Below, piece after piece: positions 34,037 through 34,197 of a DNA stretch of 34,197 nucleotides. Numbering within the stretch: position 1 is the first letter of the stretch; every line of letters begins with the position of its first letter. The notes under the pieces were generated by a model. That model did no database searches. It was given only the letters and a program-made list of their open reading frames with translations, and was not told where the DNA came from. The position numbers and the translations under genes are program-made. The stretch is from assembly GCA_013151235.1 (NCBI GenBank), contig JAADIO010000030.1:1-34197 (forward strand), read 5' to 3'. The stretch comes from Deltaproteobacteria bacterium (GTDB lineage Bacteria > CG2-30-53-67).

Positions 34037-34197
34037 ATGCGACTCCTGTTGATCAGCGACACCCATGGCAGGCTCGGAATCATCAATGAGTCGGCCTCTC
34101 ATGTTCAGACCGACGCGGTCATTCACGCCGGAGATTTTGGATTTTATGATGAGGGAAGTTATGGGCGTTTCTGCCCACGAACTTCGGCTCCGCCTCA
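34037..34197 (+). CDS. Calcineurin-like metallophosphoesterase (partial, runs off the right edge)
   Basis: Not in the ORF track. Manual translation MRLLLISDTHGRLGII...DAVIHAGDFGFYD contains the DxH and GD motifs. Confidence 0.85.
   Translation, partial: MRLLLISDTHGRLGIINESASHVQTDAVIHAGDFGFYDEGSYGRFCPRTSAPP

Noticed and set aside
1-34197. tRNA, rRNA, prophage or transposase genes
   Set aside because: None recognised on either strand by eye; a tRNAscan/Infernal run would be needed to exclude them formally.

Overview
A mostly GC-rich bacterial chromosomal segment; the gene set and style suggest a deltaproteobacterium-like organism (inference). Left end: an integron with an intact intI (474-1475), an attI-like site (354-414) and the start of an AT-rich first cassette gene running off the window. 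Then a minus-strand operon gatC-panD-gatA-gatB-membrane metallopeptidase and a large acidic DUF4388-like membrane protein. A metal/cofactor uptake block follows: two tandem cobalamin riboswitches, a BtuB-like receptor with exbB-exbD-tonB, then nikR, an OprB-like porin and a NikMNQO ECF transporter, with a clear operator over the nikR promoter. Next are a DedA/TVP38 gene, two TetR-controlled tripartite efflux operons (RND and EmrAB-TolC type) separated by an ArnT-like glycosyltransferase, and at the right end an accessory region (YgjP/DUF45-like remnant, Fic protein with phased upstream repeats, partial metallophosphoesterase). The least explained signal is non-coding: related intergenic arrays of short tandem-repeat modules (7, 8 and 9 nt periods) with AAAGC linkers at 4078-4315 and 25080-25219, both ending in a REP-like hairpin, plus a reduced copy near 1577-1603. 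No CRISPR array, tRNA, rRNA or transposase was seen. All family calls come from motif recognition by eye; no searches were run.
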